Below, piece after piece: positions 1 to 8,579 of a stretch of 64,000 nucleotides of DNA (within the stretch, counting starts at the first letter, position 1; each line of letters begins with the position of its first letter). The DNA lies in IMG/VR virus record IMGVR_UViG_3300044675_002751, positions 1 through 64,000 of that record; one strand, given 5' to 3'. Source of the DNA: a virus. The notes beneath the pieces are model-generated. The model searched no databases, was not told where the DNA came from, and worked only from the letters and a program-made list of their open reading frames with translations. The translations under genes and the position numbers were made by a program.

Positions 1-180
1 AATACTTTTAAAGATAACTCAATCATGTCTAATGATAATAGATTTATTCCTGTAGTAAACACACACAAAACAGAACAAAAATCATCTATGAATTTTGTTG
101 TAAACGGTGTGCAAGTAAATGTTTCTACAGGTGCTAAAAACGTTAATATTACTAAAGATAGTATAGAAATTAACTTTTAA
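1..180 (+). CDS. 3' end of a hypothetical protein (truncated by window edge)
   Basis: Frame 1 is open from base 1 to TAA at 178-180 (...NFVVNGVQVNVSTGAKNVNITKDSIEINF*), followed by a terminator. Confidence 0.6.
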   Translation, partial: NTFKDNSIMSNDNRFIPVVNTHKTEQKSSMNFVVNGVQVNVSTGAKNVNITKDSIEINF

Positions 181-203
181 AGTATATATCATTTTTAACC
201 AAC

Positions 204-233
204 AAAAAGGGGTCTATTTAGATCCCTTTTTTT
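204..233 (+). terminator. Intrinsic terminator
   Basis: AAAAAGGGGTCT-ATTT-AGATCCCTTTTT hairpin with T tract. Confidence 0.75.
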
Positions 234-244
234 ATTTTAATATT

Positions 245-412
245 ATGAACTGGATAAAAAAACTTTTTACTTCTGAAACAAAGAAAACTTTGGAGAAAGA
301 AATAGAAATATTGAAAGTAAAACTAGAAGAACGCCAGGAAGCAATCAACAAGACTAATGCTTACTGGAAGAAAAAGATGAATGAAGTTCAAAGAAAATCT
401 GCTTCTAAATAA
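245..412 (+). CDS. Small coiled-coil hypothetical protein (55 aa, below ORF-track cutoff)
   Basis: ATG245..TAA412, MNWIKKLFTSETKKTLEKEIEILKVKLEERQEAINKTNAYWKKK... Confidence 0.65.
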   Translation: MNWIKKLFTSETKKTLEKEIEILKVKLEERQEAINKTNAYWKKKMNEVQRKSASK

Positions 413-501
413 TTATAGCTCTATTATACGGAGTATCTCCATTGTATGTATTGAATAACAACTTGTAGACCTTATTTTTATAATAATAAGATCCACAACC
501 T

Positions 502-759
502 ATGTTATATCAACTTCCTAATGGGAAGGTAATAGAAATCAGTACTGAGCAGTATTTGGAGATGTCTGATGAAGAACTAGAGTATCTTATTGCATACAAT
601 TACGGAGACGTAATGGAAGATCCATGGTTTGGATCTGTACTGCATAAAAGAGAAAAGGTCACTGTAGAAGTTCCAGAACAAGTAAACGATCTGATTGATA
701 TACCTGAAGAAGAAAAGCTATCACACTTAGATATTGATTACGAACCAGAAGAAGAATAG
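502..759 (+). CDS. Acidic hypothetical protein
   Basis: 85-aa ORF between a promoter-like region and a terminator. Confidence 0.75.
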   Translation: MLYQLPNGKVIEISTEQYLEMSDEELEYLIAYNYGDVMEDPWFGSVLHKREKVTVEVPEQVNDLIDIPEEEKLSHLDIDYEPEEE

Positions 760-781
760 AATTCCTGGTTTATAAACTTAT

Positions 782-809
782 GCCCTGGCTACATCAGCCG
801 GGGTTTTTT
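782..809 (+). terminator. Intrinsic terminator
   Basis: GCCCTGGCT-ACATC-AGCCGGGGT followed by T tract. Confidence 0.75.
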
Positions 810-831
810 ATTTACTCAAAAATCAAAACAC

Positions 832-1308
832 ATGTCAAACAAAGTAAAAGTCACTGCAGATCAACATGGAAACATTATTGGCATTTACCCTAATGCACCA
901 GAGAAAGGCTATGTTCGTGTTGAACAAGAGATTACAGTGATTAACCACAAAGGCTGGTTAAAACATGCAAAACGTTCAGCATTTATTAAAGGTTTAGTAT
1001 CAGATCTTCAAAAGTCTGGGTTTAAAACAGGTTCAGAAATTCCTGGTAAAATCATTATTATGGAGTCATTAAACCCTTTTAATGAAGAAAACCCAGATCG
1101 TGATCTTAAAGTAGCAGGAGATACTGGTATTGTATGCAGACTGGATGATCAACCTATTTACAGACAAGCATTCTTTACACCAGATGTAAACGCTTGTGAT
1201 CAGCTGATAGCTCATAATAACATGGATGAAATTCGTGAAGTTATGCAAGCAACAATGGCACTCAATGCTTTGCGTACAGAAAAGCCAGTAGAAGCAGACC
1301 TGAACTAA
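832..1308 (+). CDS. Hypothetical phage protein (beta-rich)
   Basis: 158-aa ORF flanked by terminators, A-rich leader. Confidence 0.75.
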   Translation: MSNKVKVTADQHGNIIGIYPNAPEKGYVRVEQEITVINHKGWLKHAKRSAFIKGLVSDLQKSGFKTGSEIPGKIIIMESLNPFNEENPDRDLKVAGDTGIVCRLDDQPIYRQAFFTPDVNACDQLIAHNNMDEIREVMQATMALNALRTEKPVEADLN

Positions 1309-1331
1309 ATCTTAATATAGAGTTTAATTAT

Positions 1332-1374
1332 AACCCGGCTTGGTTACTATAAAGTAACTAAGCTGGGTTTTTTT
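1332..1374 (+). terminator. Intrinsic terminator with 17-bp stem
   Basis: AACCCGGCTTGGTTACT-ATAA-AGTAACTAAGCTGGGTT plus T tract. Confidence 0.8.
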
Positions 1375-1383
1375 GTAGACTTA

Positions 1384-1415
1384 TTTGGAGAACTCAACTA
1401 AGTTCTCTACTTTTA
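1384..1415 (+). promoter_or_regulatory. Bacteroidota sigma-type promoter candidate
   Basis: TTTG (1384) - 20 nt - TACTTTTA (1408), resembling the -33 TTTG / -7 TAnnTTTG consensus. Confidence 0.5.
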
Positions 1416-1434
1416 ACCTTCTAAACTGTAGAAC

Positions 1435-1959
1435 ATGCGTATAAACCCACACAAAACGGTATGTGCTGGCACTAAAGGGATAATTATCTCTTTCAGAGAC
1501 GCCAACAAACATAGGTTTCTAGCCTATGAAAATGTACAAGTTGAAGAGATCCAAACTAAAGGACACGTTAAATACCAATCCTTAGAACAACCTGCATTCA
1601 ACAAACTGCAACAGAAACTTTATGCTGAAGCAGTGTATGGTCTTGGTTATTATTCCCACGAAGCTGTACAGCAGATGTCAAAATCTAAAAAGCTTCGTGT
1701 ACTGGCTAAATATGCCAAGGCTCAAAGAATTCTTAACCGTTGGAAACAAGAAATAGTATATGAAAAGGTAGATAGATTTTTTATGGATCTATTTCCTAAA
1801 TCAAGTATTACTAAAGCCCTTGTAGAGACAAATGGTTATGACAGAGAAATTCGTGAATCTCATACATTTAAAGAACTAGGTCTTTCACCTCAAGATGTAG
1901 CTTCTAAACTTGTTGAAACAAATCTTCTCCCTAAAGATTTTTTTGAATTAGCCGTATGA
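1435..1959 (+). CDS. Hypothetical protein
   Basis: 174-aa ORF, ATGA overlap with next gene. Confidence 0.75.
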   Translation: MRINPHKTVCAGTKGIIISFRDANKHRFLAYENVQVEEIQTKGHVKYQSLEQPAFNKLQQKLYAEAVYGLGYYSHEAVQQMSKSKKLRVLAKYAKAQRILNRWKQEIVYEKVDRFFMDLFPKSSITKALVETNGYDREIRESHTFKELGLSPQDVASKLVETNLLPKDFFELAV

Positions 1960-2351
1960 TACAATCAAAACTTAAACCCTGTGCGGGTTGTAAAGAACTC
2001 AAACATATCTGGAAGTCTCACGGTAAAGAAAAATACTGTAAAGACTGCTGGTATAAACTTGAGCAACCAAAGAAAATCTCTCCTATCTCTAATAAGATGA
2101 GAGTCACTTTGGATGAATACGGCAAAAAAAGAGCTGCTTTCCTAATAGTACATTCTATATGCCAAGCTAAACTGGTAGGATGTACTGGAGAAGCAACAGA
2201 CGTGCATCACAAAGCAGGCCGAGGTGAGAATCATCTCAAGATTTCCACCTGGCTTGCTGTATGCAGGTCCTGCCACAACTGGATTGAAGTTAATCCAACC
2301 GAAGCTAAAGAACTCGGATTTTCTGAAAACAGATTAAAAACCACAGAATGA
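1956..2351 (+). CDS. HNH-type endonuclease with N-terminal zinc finger
   Basis: CAGC..CKDC finger; C..C..ATDVHHKAGR..WLAVCRSCHNWIE HNH motif. Confidence 0.7.
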   Translation: MIQSKLKPCAGCKELKHIWKSHGKEKYCKDCWYKLEQPKKISPISNKMRVTLDEYGKKRAAFLIVHSICQAKLVGCTGEATDVHHKAGRGENHLKISTWLAVCRSCHNWIEVNPTEAKELGFSENRLKTTE

Positions 2352-2770
2352 AAAAACTCACCCTGCTGTTAATTATTATAGCAGCTGCTTTTACAGGATA
2401 CGCACAAGAAACTACACATCATTATACAGCTTATCGTACTGAACTGTATCGTAAGTATAAGTGGGAACAAGAATATGTTAAGGTTTACGCCAGACACGAG
2501 CAAGATATTCCTATCTCTCTGACAGGAAACACGCTTTTAATTAATGCTGATAAATCATCTGCATTTTTAATATATGGTGATTCTAAACAAATGCTTGACA
2601 ATGATAAACTAGAAATAGTTTCTTATGATGCTTATGAAATTACTGACAATCGTTTCTGTAAAGTAGAATTTGTTCTAATAAAAAGCACAAGTGATCTCAT
2701 TCTAGGTATAACTTATCTTGATCAAAAGACTAAAATAGGTCTTCATTACTTTATTCGTAAAAATAACTAA
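2348..2770 (+). CDS. Secreted/periplasmic hypothetical protein with signal peptide
   Basis: MKKLTLLLIIIAAAFTGYA|QE Bacteroidota-style signal peptide, beta-rich mature part. Confidence 0.65.
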   Translation: MKKLTLLLIIIAAAFTGYAQETTHHYTAYRTELYRKYKWEQEYVKVYARHEQDIPISLTGNTLLINADKSSAFLIYGDSKQMLDNDKLEIVSYDAYEITDNRFCKVEFVLIKSTSDLILGITYLDQKTKIGLHYFIRKNN

Positions 2771-2771
2771 T

Positions 2772-2972
2772 ATGATAGCAGTCTATCTAATCATAGGACT
2801 TCTTTATTGGTGTCTTAACTCTTTTGTACGTAAACTAGAAACAGATGGTGACTGGTTACTACCACTTGTGTGGTTTTTAGCCTGGCCATTAGCAGCTATA
2901 GGTTGGTTTCTTATTTTGATTGACAGAGTGTTTAACTACATTCTTACAAAAGCTTCAAAAAATCAGTTATGA
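2772..2972 (+). CDS. Small two-TM membrane protein
   Basis: Two hydrophobic segments, WFLAWP motif. Confidence 0.65.
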   Translation: MIAVYLIIGLLYWCLNSFVRKLETDGDWLLPLVWFLAWPLAAIGWFLILIDRVFNYILTKASKNQL

Positions 2973-3397
2973 GTCATCCATATCACCACGCTATATCCTC
3001 TGTAAAAACATACGGAGGCAAATGGGAAGACTATATAGAAATCCACAACTGGTTCGATGAGACAAAAGCTCATTATCCAGACATGAGACACCGGGCACTC
3101 CGACACCACGCAGAAGGTATCTTCTGGTGTGAGCAAATCTTTGGTATTGTAATCACTAATTCTGACGGTAAAAATATACCAGTCAGGTTTATTGGTGAAC
3201 AGCATATCAAAGAAGATATCGGGTTTATCCCGACTATTAAACAATACCTGGATAATATGTCCACCGAAGGTTGGATGTATAAACCAGGAGAAGGTAGAAA
3301 ACTGCTACAAGAAATAGCAGAAAACAAATTGGATTACGTAACAGAAAAAACTAAACAAGATGGCACAGAAGTTACACACAGAATTAAGCTTGATTGA
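2969..3397 (+). CDS. His-rich DUF6915-like protein
   Basis: HPYHHAISS..GG..EDY..IH.WFD.TK...D.RHRALRHHAEGI..E..FG..EQHIKED.GFIP signature. Confidence 0.65.
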   Translation: MSHPYHHAISSVKTYGGKWEDYIEIHNWFDETKAHYPDMRHRALRHHAEGIFWCEQIFGIVITNSDGKNIPVRFIGEQHIKEDIGFIPTIKQYLDNMSTEGWMYKPGEGRKLLQEIAENKLDYVTEKTKQDGTEVTHRIKLD

Positions 3398-4067
3398 ATG
3401 GTGTGACCAGCAGGTCAAAGAAGGTAAAGAATTATCCATGGGTTGGGAAGGTGGAGGTGACTCCGGCTGGTGTTATTTTCAAATAGATGGTAAACAGATT
3501 CCAGAAAGCAAAGAAAATGAGCATATACAAGTATTACTTAATGCTATGTATGACCAGCTAGATTATGGATCATGGGCTGGTGAGTTCAGTGCAAGTGGTA
3601 CAGCAGTTTATAATCCCACTGAAAAAGCCTTTGTTGGTACAGACTACTACTCAGAAGATGACACGGAATCATATCCGTGCAATATTCAAGTAAGAGTTCC
3701 TAAAAAACTCTGGTTTGACCGCATGGAGATAGCTATGGAAGGTGATGACAGTAATGGTTCAAATGCTGCATTCACCATGCGTAACGGTTTTCTTACAGAA
3801 GAACACAATGAGTTTATAACAAACTTTTTACAAGAATTTGACAAGAAAGTAGAAGAAGTAGTAGATCAATTCTGTAAGGAACCAGAAGGAGGTGAATATA
3901 GATCTATCTGGCAAAACTGGGATCTTCAAAGAAGTGAGTTTAAAGAAGAGGGTGATCACTTAGTATATGAAATTGATATGCTAGACATTGGCATCTGCAA
4001 TACAGATGAGAAGGATATCTATTTACAACTAGAACATGTAAACACAGAAAGCTATGATGAAGAATAA
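3360..4067 (+). CDS. Acidic DUF6878-like protein
   Basis: WEGGGDSG motif; follows the DUF6915-like gene. Confidence 0.5.
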   Translation: MAQKLHTELSLIEWCDQQVKEGKELSMGWEGGGDSGWCYFQIDGKQIPESKENEHIQVLLNAMYDQLDYGSWAGEFSASGTAVYNPTEKAFVGTDYYSEDDTESYPCNIQVRVPKKLWFDRMEIAMEGDDSNGSNAAFTMRNGFLTEEHNEFITNFLQEFDKKVEEVVDQFCKEPEGGEYRSIWQNWDLQRSEFKEEGDHLVYEIDMLDIGICNTDEKDIYLQLEHVNTESYDEE

Positions 4068-4800
4068 GTTTGAAGAATATGAGTATACTATCAATAACCG
4101 TCCAGGGTTTGGTCTAACAGATGCCTTGAGACTGTGGAAGACCAAGTACTCAGATATAAGAGACTTTGACAAAGAAGTAATAACACACGAAGGAATGTAT
4201 CCCTTCCGTGACTTTGTACATGAAATGTGGGAAAACATTGAACCAGTGACCGTACAAGAAGCTCTGGCTGTACAAAATACAGAAGAAAGACGTACATACT
4301 TTGACTGCATTGGTGTAGAGAAACTCTTTAAAGAATTACAGCCTACCCTGAGAGACAAGCAGGTCATCAAGAAAAAACGTACCCGCTGGGATGATAACAA
4401 CGACCAGTACCAGTATGAATTTGAAGACGTGTATGAACTATATGAACTGGATGGTACCAAACTTTATGAAACAGACCGCTGGGGAAGAGCTCCTCAACCT
4501 GTATTTGCAGTAAGATGTTGGTGTACAACGACTAACCGTGAGTACTGGATCTATGTCAATGAAGAAGCAGCTACAGGACGCAGACAATTTTTCTGGCCAG
4601 ATCAGAATAAACCTATGGTATATGATGCTATCCGTGCCATTGCTTGGACTATACGCCTAGATGTATCTCATCCCGAACGTATTTACCGCCAAGGTGATAT
4701 CATAGTAGCTAAGATTAGCCGTGCAGAAACAGAAAGTTCTGTACAGCCATATCATCTGTCTAAAGAACAGTATCTCAACCTTATGTATTCAGAAACCTAA
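4054..4800 (+). CDS. DUF6745-like protein
   Basis: N.EERR..F..IG.EK, VRCWCTTTNREYWIYV, AIRAIAWT and C-terminal YRQGD motifs. Confidence 0.55.
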   Translation: MMKNKFEEYEYTINNRPGFGLTDALRLWKTKYSDIRDFDKEVITHEGMYPFRDFVHEMWENIEPVTVQEALAVQNTEERRTYFDCIGVEKLFKELQPTLRDKQVIKKKRTRWDDNNDQYQYEFEDVYELYELDGTKLYETDRWGRAPQPVFAVRCWCTTTNREYWIYVNEEAATGRRQFFWPDQNKPMVYDAIRAIAWTIRLDVSHPERIYRQGDIIVAKISRAETESSVQPYHLSKEQYLNLMYSET

Positions 4801-4805
4801 TAATT

Positions 4806-5273
4806 ATGAGCATAGAATTAATAGGTCATGTAGGAGTTGATTCAGGTCAACTCCTACTATGTGACCCATGTTATATAGACAGTCAATGGGAAATAGAAGA
4901 ATTTAATATCACTAGAACATACAAAAATAAGATAACTGGAGAAACCCTTACTTGGATGAAAGACTTTTCTAACTATCAAGAAGTATTACCAAAGTATGGT
5001 AAGTGTATGAATGAACTTAATTATAGCGGAGAATGGGAAGAAATTGAAGATGAAATAAAAACAGTTCATGAGTTCAGTTATAATGCTTGTGCAAAAGCTA
5101 CATTATCAGAAGATGGTTTTGGTGAACTAAATTTTAAACATGGTCACCCTGGTGTAGGTGTAGCTTTTAGAACAGCATTTGGTGATGGTATGTACCCTGT
5201 ATATGCAAATTATATGCCTGACGGTACATTAAAAAGTGTAGAAGTAATATTTCAAGAAGAAGATGATGAATAA
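4806..5273 (+). CDS. DUF4241-like protein
   Basis: IGHVGVDSGQLLLCDPCY and TAFGDGMYPVY motifs. Confidence 0.55.
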   Translation: MSIELIGHVGVDSGQLLLCDPCYIDSQWEIEEFNITRTYKNKITGETLTWMKDFSNYQEVLPKYGKCMNELNYSGEWEEIEDEIKTVHEFSYNACAKATLSEDGFGELNFKHGHPGVGVAFRTAFGDGMYPVYANYMPDGTLKSVEVIFQEEDDE

Positions 5274-5277
5274 TCAC

Positions 5278-5373
5278 ATGGAAAAACAACTATTTGTTAT
5301 AGACGGATATCGTATCTGGGCTACTACATATGAGGAAGCTTATGAAAGCTATCTAAAAATTCTAACCTTTTAA
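5278..5373 (+). CDS. Tiny hypothetical protein (31 aa)
   Basis: MEKQLFVIDGYRIWATTYEEAYESYLKILTF* fills the gap between neighbours. Confidence 0.5.
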   Translation: MEKQLFVIDGYRIWATTYEEAYESYLKILTF

Positions 5374-5382
5374 TTAATAAAT

Positions 5383-5631
5383 ATGGAAAAGAAAGCTAAA
5401 CGTATCGTCCTTGGAGAAGGAGAAATTGTAGGTCACAAACACATTCTTGAAAGTGATGAAAACATTATGTACGAAGAAGGTACAGAATCTATCACTTTCA
5501 TGCTAAATTCTATGGGTATCCTAACTCATGATGAGCATGACCGTATGGTATTTGAACCTGGTACATACCGGTCTTATAACCAAGTAGAGTTTAACCCTTT
5601 TGATCAATCTGTTCAAAGAGTATTTGACTAA
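5383..5631 (+). CDS. His-rich small beta protein (usual partner of DUF6745)
   Basis: LGEGEIVGHKH...LTHDEH..FEPGTY..YNQVEFNPF...RVFD. Confidence 0.55.
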   Translation: MEKKAKRIVLGEGEIVGHKHILESDENIMYEEGTESITFMLNSMGILTHDEHDRMVFEPGTYRSYNQVEFNPFDQSVQRVFD

Positions 5632-5633
5632 TC

Positions 5634-6758
5634 ATGAGTAAAAGAGACCAGATTCAGCAAGAAGCTCTGGACGTTGCAATTAAACACAAACGCTGTGGAC
5701 TTGGGATTTCTATGGGTGTCGGTAAGACACTCATAGGTCTCAAGTACATAACATATTGTCAGAAAGTAAACACTGGTAAGCTCAAGGTATTAGTAGTAGC
5801 ACCTAAGCTTAGCATATTTGACTCCTGGCGTTCAGATGCAGAAAAGTTCGGGATATCCCTGGACAATATAGACTTTACTACCTATCTGTCTCTAAATAAA
5901 TACAATCCTTATAACTACAATTTGGTAGTATTAGACGAGTGTCATTCACTACTATACAATCATCACACTTTTCTAACTGTCTACACAGGACGGATACTTG
6001 GATTAACAGGTACTCCACCTAGGTATGGCAAATCAGAAAAAGGTGAGATGGTGCAGATGTATTGTCCTATTATGTATAAATACATAACAGATGATGCAGT
6101 AGAAGATGCTATTCTTAATGACTACAGAATTATAGTGCATAAGATGTCGTTAAATGCAAATAATAACCTCCCTGTTACAACAAAGAACGGTAAGTTCTAT
6201 ACATCAGAACAGAAAAGTTATGATTACTGGACTAAACGTATTTTAGAAGCAAGGAGTAAAAAAGAAGAACAGATTGGTTCTGTAATGAGAATGAGAGCCA
6301 TGATGGATTTTCCTACAAAAGAAAACTATACTAAAAAACTTCTATCTGAAATAGAAGAAAAATGTATTGTTTTCTGTAATACACAAGACCAAGCAGACAG
6401 AATTTGTACTCACTCCTATCATTCTAAAAATGACCAGAGTGAAGAAAATCTGCAGCAGTTCAAAAATGGAACTATTTCAGAACTATCCTGTGTAATGCAA
6501 CTTAATGAGGGTATAAATATTCCAAATCTTAGAGCAGGTATTATTATGCATTCATTTGGTAACGAGAGAAAATCTAGCCAACGCATTGGTAGACTTCTTA
6601 GATTAAACCCAGAAGAAACAGCTGTAGTACACATACTATGTTATAAAAACAGTGTAGATGAACGCTGGGTAAATGAAGCATTAAAAGACTTAGATCCAAG
6701 TAAGATTAAGCATTATGATGTAAATATTCAATCCCATGACATATCACTTCACAGGTAA
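5634..6758 (+). CDS. Superfamily 2 (DExH) DNA helicase
   Basis: Motif I MGVGKT, II DECH, III TGT, V EGINIP, VI QRIGRLLR. Confidence 0.9.
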   Translation: MSKRDQIQQEALDVAIKHKRCGLGISMGVGKTLIGLKYITYCQKVNTGKLKVLVVAPKLSIFDSWRSDAEKFGISLDNIDFTTYLSLNKYNPYNYNLVVLDECHSLLYNHHTFLTVYTGRILGLTGTPPRYGKSEKGEMVQMYCPIMYKYITDDAVEDAILNDYRIIVHKMSLNANNNLPVTTKNGKFYTSEQKSYDYWTKRILEARSKKEEQIGSVMRMRAMMDFPTKENYTKKLLSEIEEKCIVFCNTQDQADRICTHSYHSKNDQSEENLQQFKNGTISELSCVMQLNEGINIPNLRAGIIMHSFGNERKSSQRIGRLLRLNPEETAVVHILCYKNSVDERWVNEALKDLDPSKIKHYDVNIQSHDISLHR

Positions 6759-7131
6759 GTATGTAAAAAGACAAGGTGTGTTAAAACCGGTATCTACTGG
6801 TATATCTAAACAAGAAGAGTTATTTGTATCACATATACCAGAAGGTACTATAGTAGAATGTTTCTATGAAGTACAACATGATGATGGTACACTCCCGCAG
6901 CTGGCCAAACTACACGTAATTATACGTCAGTTGGCCAGCCATATCGGGGAAACTGTAGAAAATATGAAGATTCTTGTAAAAGACAGAGCAGGTTTATGTA
7001 TATCCAGAGAAGTAGCAGGTAAAGAATACTTTCTTGCTAAAAGCTTTGGAGAATGCTCTAAAGAAGAACTGTCTTTAGCAATACAAGCTGCTATAGAAAT
7101 AGGTGAAAACGTTAATTTTCTTGTTGGCTAG
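6736..7131 (+). CDS. NinB/Orf-like recombination accessory protein
   Basis: GTLPQLAKLH..IRQLA..IG...MK and KSF..CSKEELS..I pattern reminiscent of NinB. Confidence 0.45.
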   Translation: MTYHFTGKYVKRQGVLKPVSTGISKQEELFVSHIPEGTIVECFYEVQHDDGTLPQLAKLHVIIRQLASHIGETVENMKILVKDRAGLCISREVAGKEYFLAKSFGECSKEELSLAIQAAIEIGENVNFLVG

Positions 7132-7399
7132 GAGGTTCTTCAAGCTCCTCTTCTACAGCAAGACCTTTTTCTTGTGCAATCTGTTCCATTCTACGAATTA
7201 TCAGAGACAAGAAAGCTACGTGTTCGTACCAGTCTTCATCCCATTCTCTTTTAGAAATCTTTTCTTGAGCTAGCTGCATTTCTTCTTGAGTTTTATCGGA
7301 AAGAATATACAGCAAAAGCTTCTGAAAGTTTATTAACGTGTTACCTCCTACTTCTAAAGGAAAAGTAGCTTCTCTTTTAATTCCTATGTACTTAGCCAT
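7112..7399 (-). CDS. Hypothetical helical protein, lone antisense gene
   Basis: 95-aa ORF filling the gap between + genes, with its own promoter candidate. Confidence 0.7.
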   Translation of the reverse strand: MAKYIGIKREATFPLEVGGNTLINFQKLLLYILSDKTQEEMQLAQEKISKREWDEDWYEHVAFLSLIIRRMEQIAQEKGLAVEEELEEPPSQQEN

Positions 7400-7417
7400 A
7401 AAATATTATTTACTATC

Positions 7418-7447
7418 TGCAAATTTAGAGAACTTTTATGACACAAA
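7418..7447 (-). promoter_or_regulatory. Bacteroidota sigma-type promoter for 7112-7399
   Basis: Minus strand reads TTTG-16 nt-TAAATTTGCA (perfect TAnnTTTG) about 20 nt before the ATG. Confidence 0.6.
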
Positions 7448-8154
7448 CTGTAGACCTTGAAGAAATTAAAGCAAAACTTATAGAACGGCTTAAGCCTTCT
7501 GGATGGGCAAACAAACTAAAAAGCTTTGTGTACAGTTCAGACTTTGATAAAATTCTGCAAACGCTTTATGATGAGCGGGAAGCTGGTAAAAGATTTACTC
7601 CTCCGCTCAAACAAGTGTTTAGAGCATTTGAAGAATGCCCTGTAACTGATCTCAAAGTTGTAATGATTGGTCAAGATCCTTATCCCTATCTGGGTGTAGC
7701 AGACGGGATTGCATTTTCTTGTGGTAACACTGGTAAAGTACAACCCAGTCTTGAGCAAATTTTTGGTGCTGTCAGCAGAACAGTATATCCTGGAGAAATA
7801 GTTCATCAGGACCCAGATCTAACCCGATGGTCTAATCAAGGTGTATTGATGTTAAACAAAGCTCTTACATGCCAAGTAGACAAAGTAGGGTCACATTATG
7901 ATATATGGCATGACTTCATTATGTATGTCATTGATATGCTGAGTCTGACAAATTCAGGATTGATATTCTGTTTATTGGGACAAAAAGCCCAAGAACTAGA
8001 GAGTTCTATATCACAGAGTCATTATATACTAAAAGCGTCTCATCCCGCATCAGCATCCTATTCTAAAACAGATTGGGATTGTAATAACCTGTTTAATGAG
8101 GCCAACAGGATAATCCAACAAAATAACGGGCCTCAGTTTCAAATTAATTGGTAA
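7438..8154 (+). CDS. ung: Uracil-DNA glycosylase, family 1
   Basis: KVVMIGQDPY, ADGIAFS, PSL..IF, W..QGVLMLN..LT and SHP motifs. Confidence 0.93.
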   Translation: MTQTVDLEEIKAKLIERLKPSGWANKLKSFVYSSDFDKILQTLYDEREAGKRFTPPLKQVFRAFEECPVTDLKVVMIGQDPYPYLGVADGIAFSCGNTGKVQPSLEQIFGAVSRTVYPGEIVHQDPDLTRWSNQGVLMLNKALTCQVDKVGSHYDIWHDFIMYVIDMLSLTNSGLIFCLLGQKAQELESSISQSHYILKASHPASASYSKTDWDCNNLFNEANRIIQQNNGPQFQINW

Positions 8155-8174
8155 TCATTTAAAAACTGTAAAAC

Positions 8175-8579
8175 ATGCCAGTAGAAAAAGTACAGCTTGG
8201 CGTATCTGCCATCAAAGAACTCTTAAATAACGGTTATACATGGCTTAAGAAGGATGATCTAGGTTTTGGATCTATCCAAGAAAAGTATCAGGCATCTGAT
8301 GTACAGGTATCCGCCATCCGTAAACATCCATTGTTAAAAGACCTTGAGACCACTGCTAGAATTTTTGTAATCATAGACGACACTAAAGAGAATGGAACCA
8401 AAAACCCCGCCGTATCCGTTAACCGACCACTATCTGAACAGCATCTGGCAAGCATACCAGAGTCTAATAAAAAGCAATCCGAGTCTGGAAATGCAGTATT
8501 ACAAGTCAACAACGAAGATAATGGAAGAACATTTGCAGAAACAGATGCAGACTCCTTCTCAGCCTTTGCAAACCTCTGA
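8175..8579 (+). CDS. Hypothetical protein upstream of MoxR ATPase
   Basis: 134-aa ORF with A-rich leader; overlaps the longest version of the next ORF. Confidence 0.65.
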   Translation: MPVEKVQLGVSAIKELLNNGYTWLKKDDLGFGSIQEKYQASDVQVSAIRKHPLLKDLETTARIFVIIDDTKENGTKNPAVSVNRPLSEQHLASIPESNKKQSESGNAVLQVNNEDNGRTFAETDADSFSAFANL

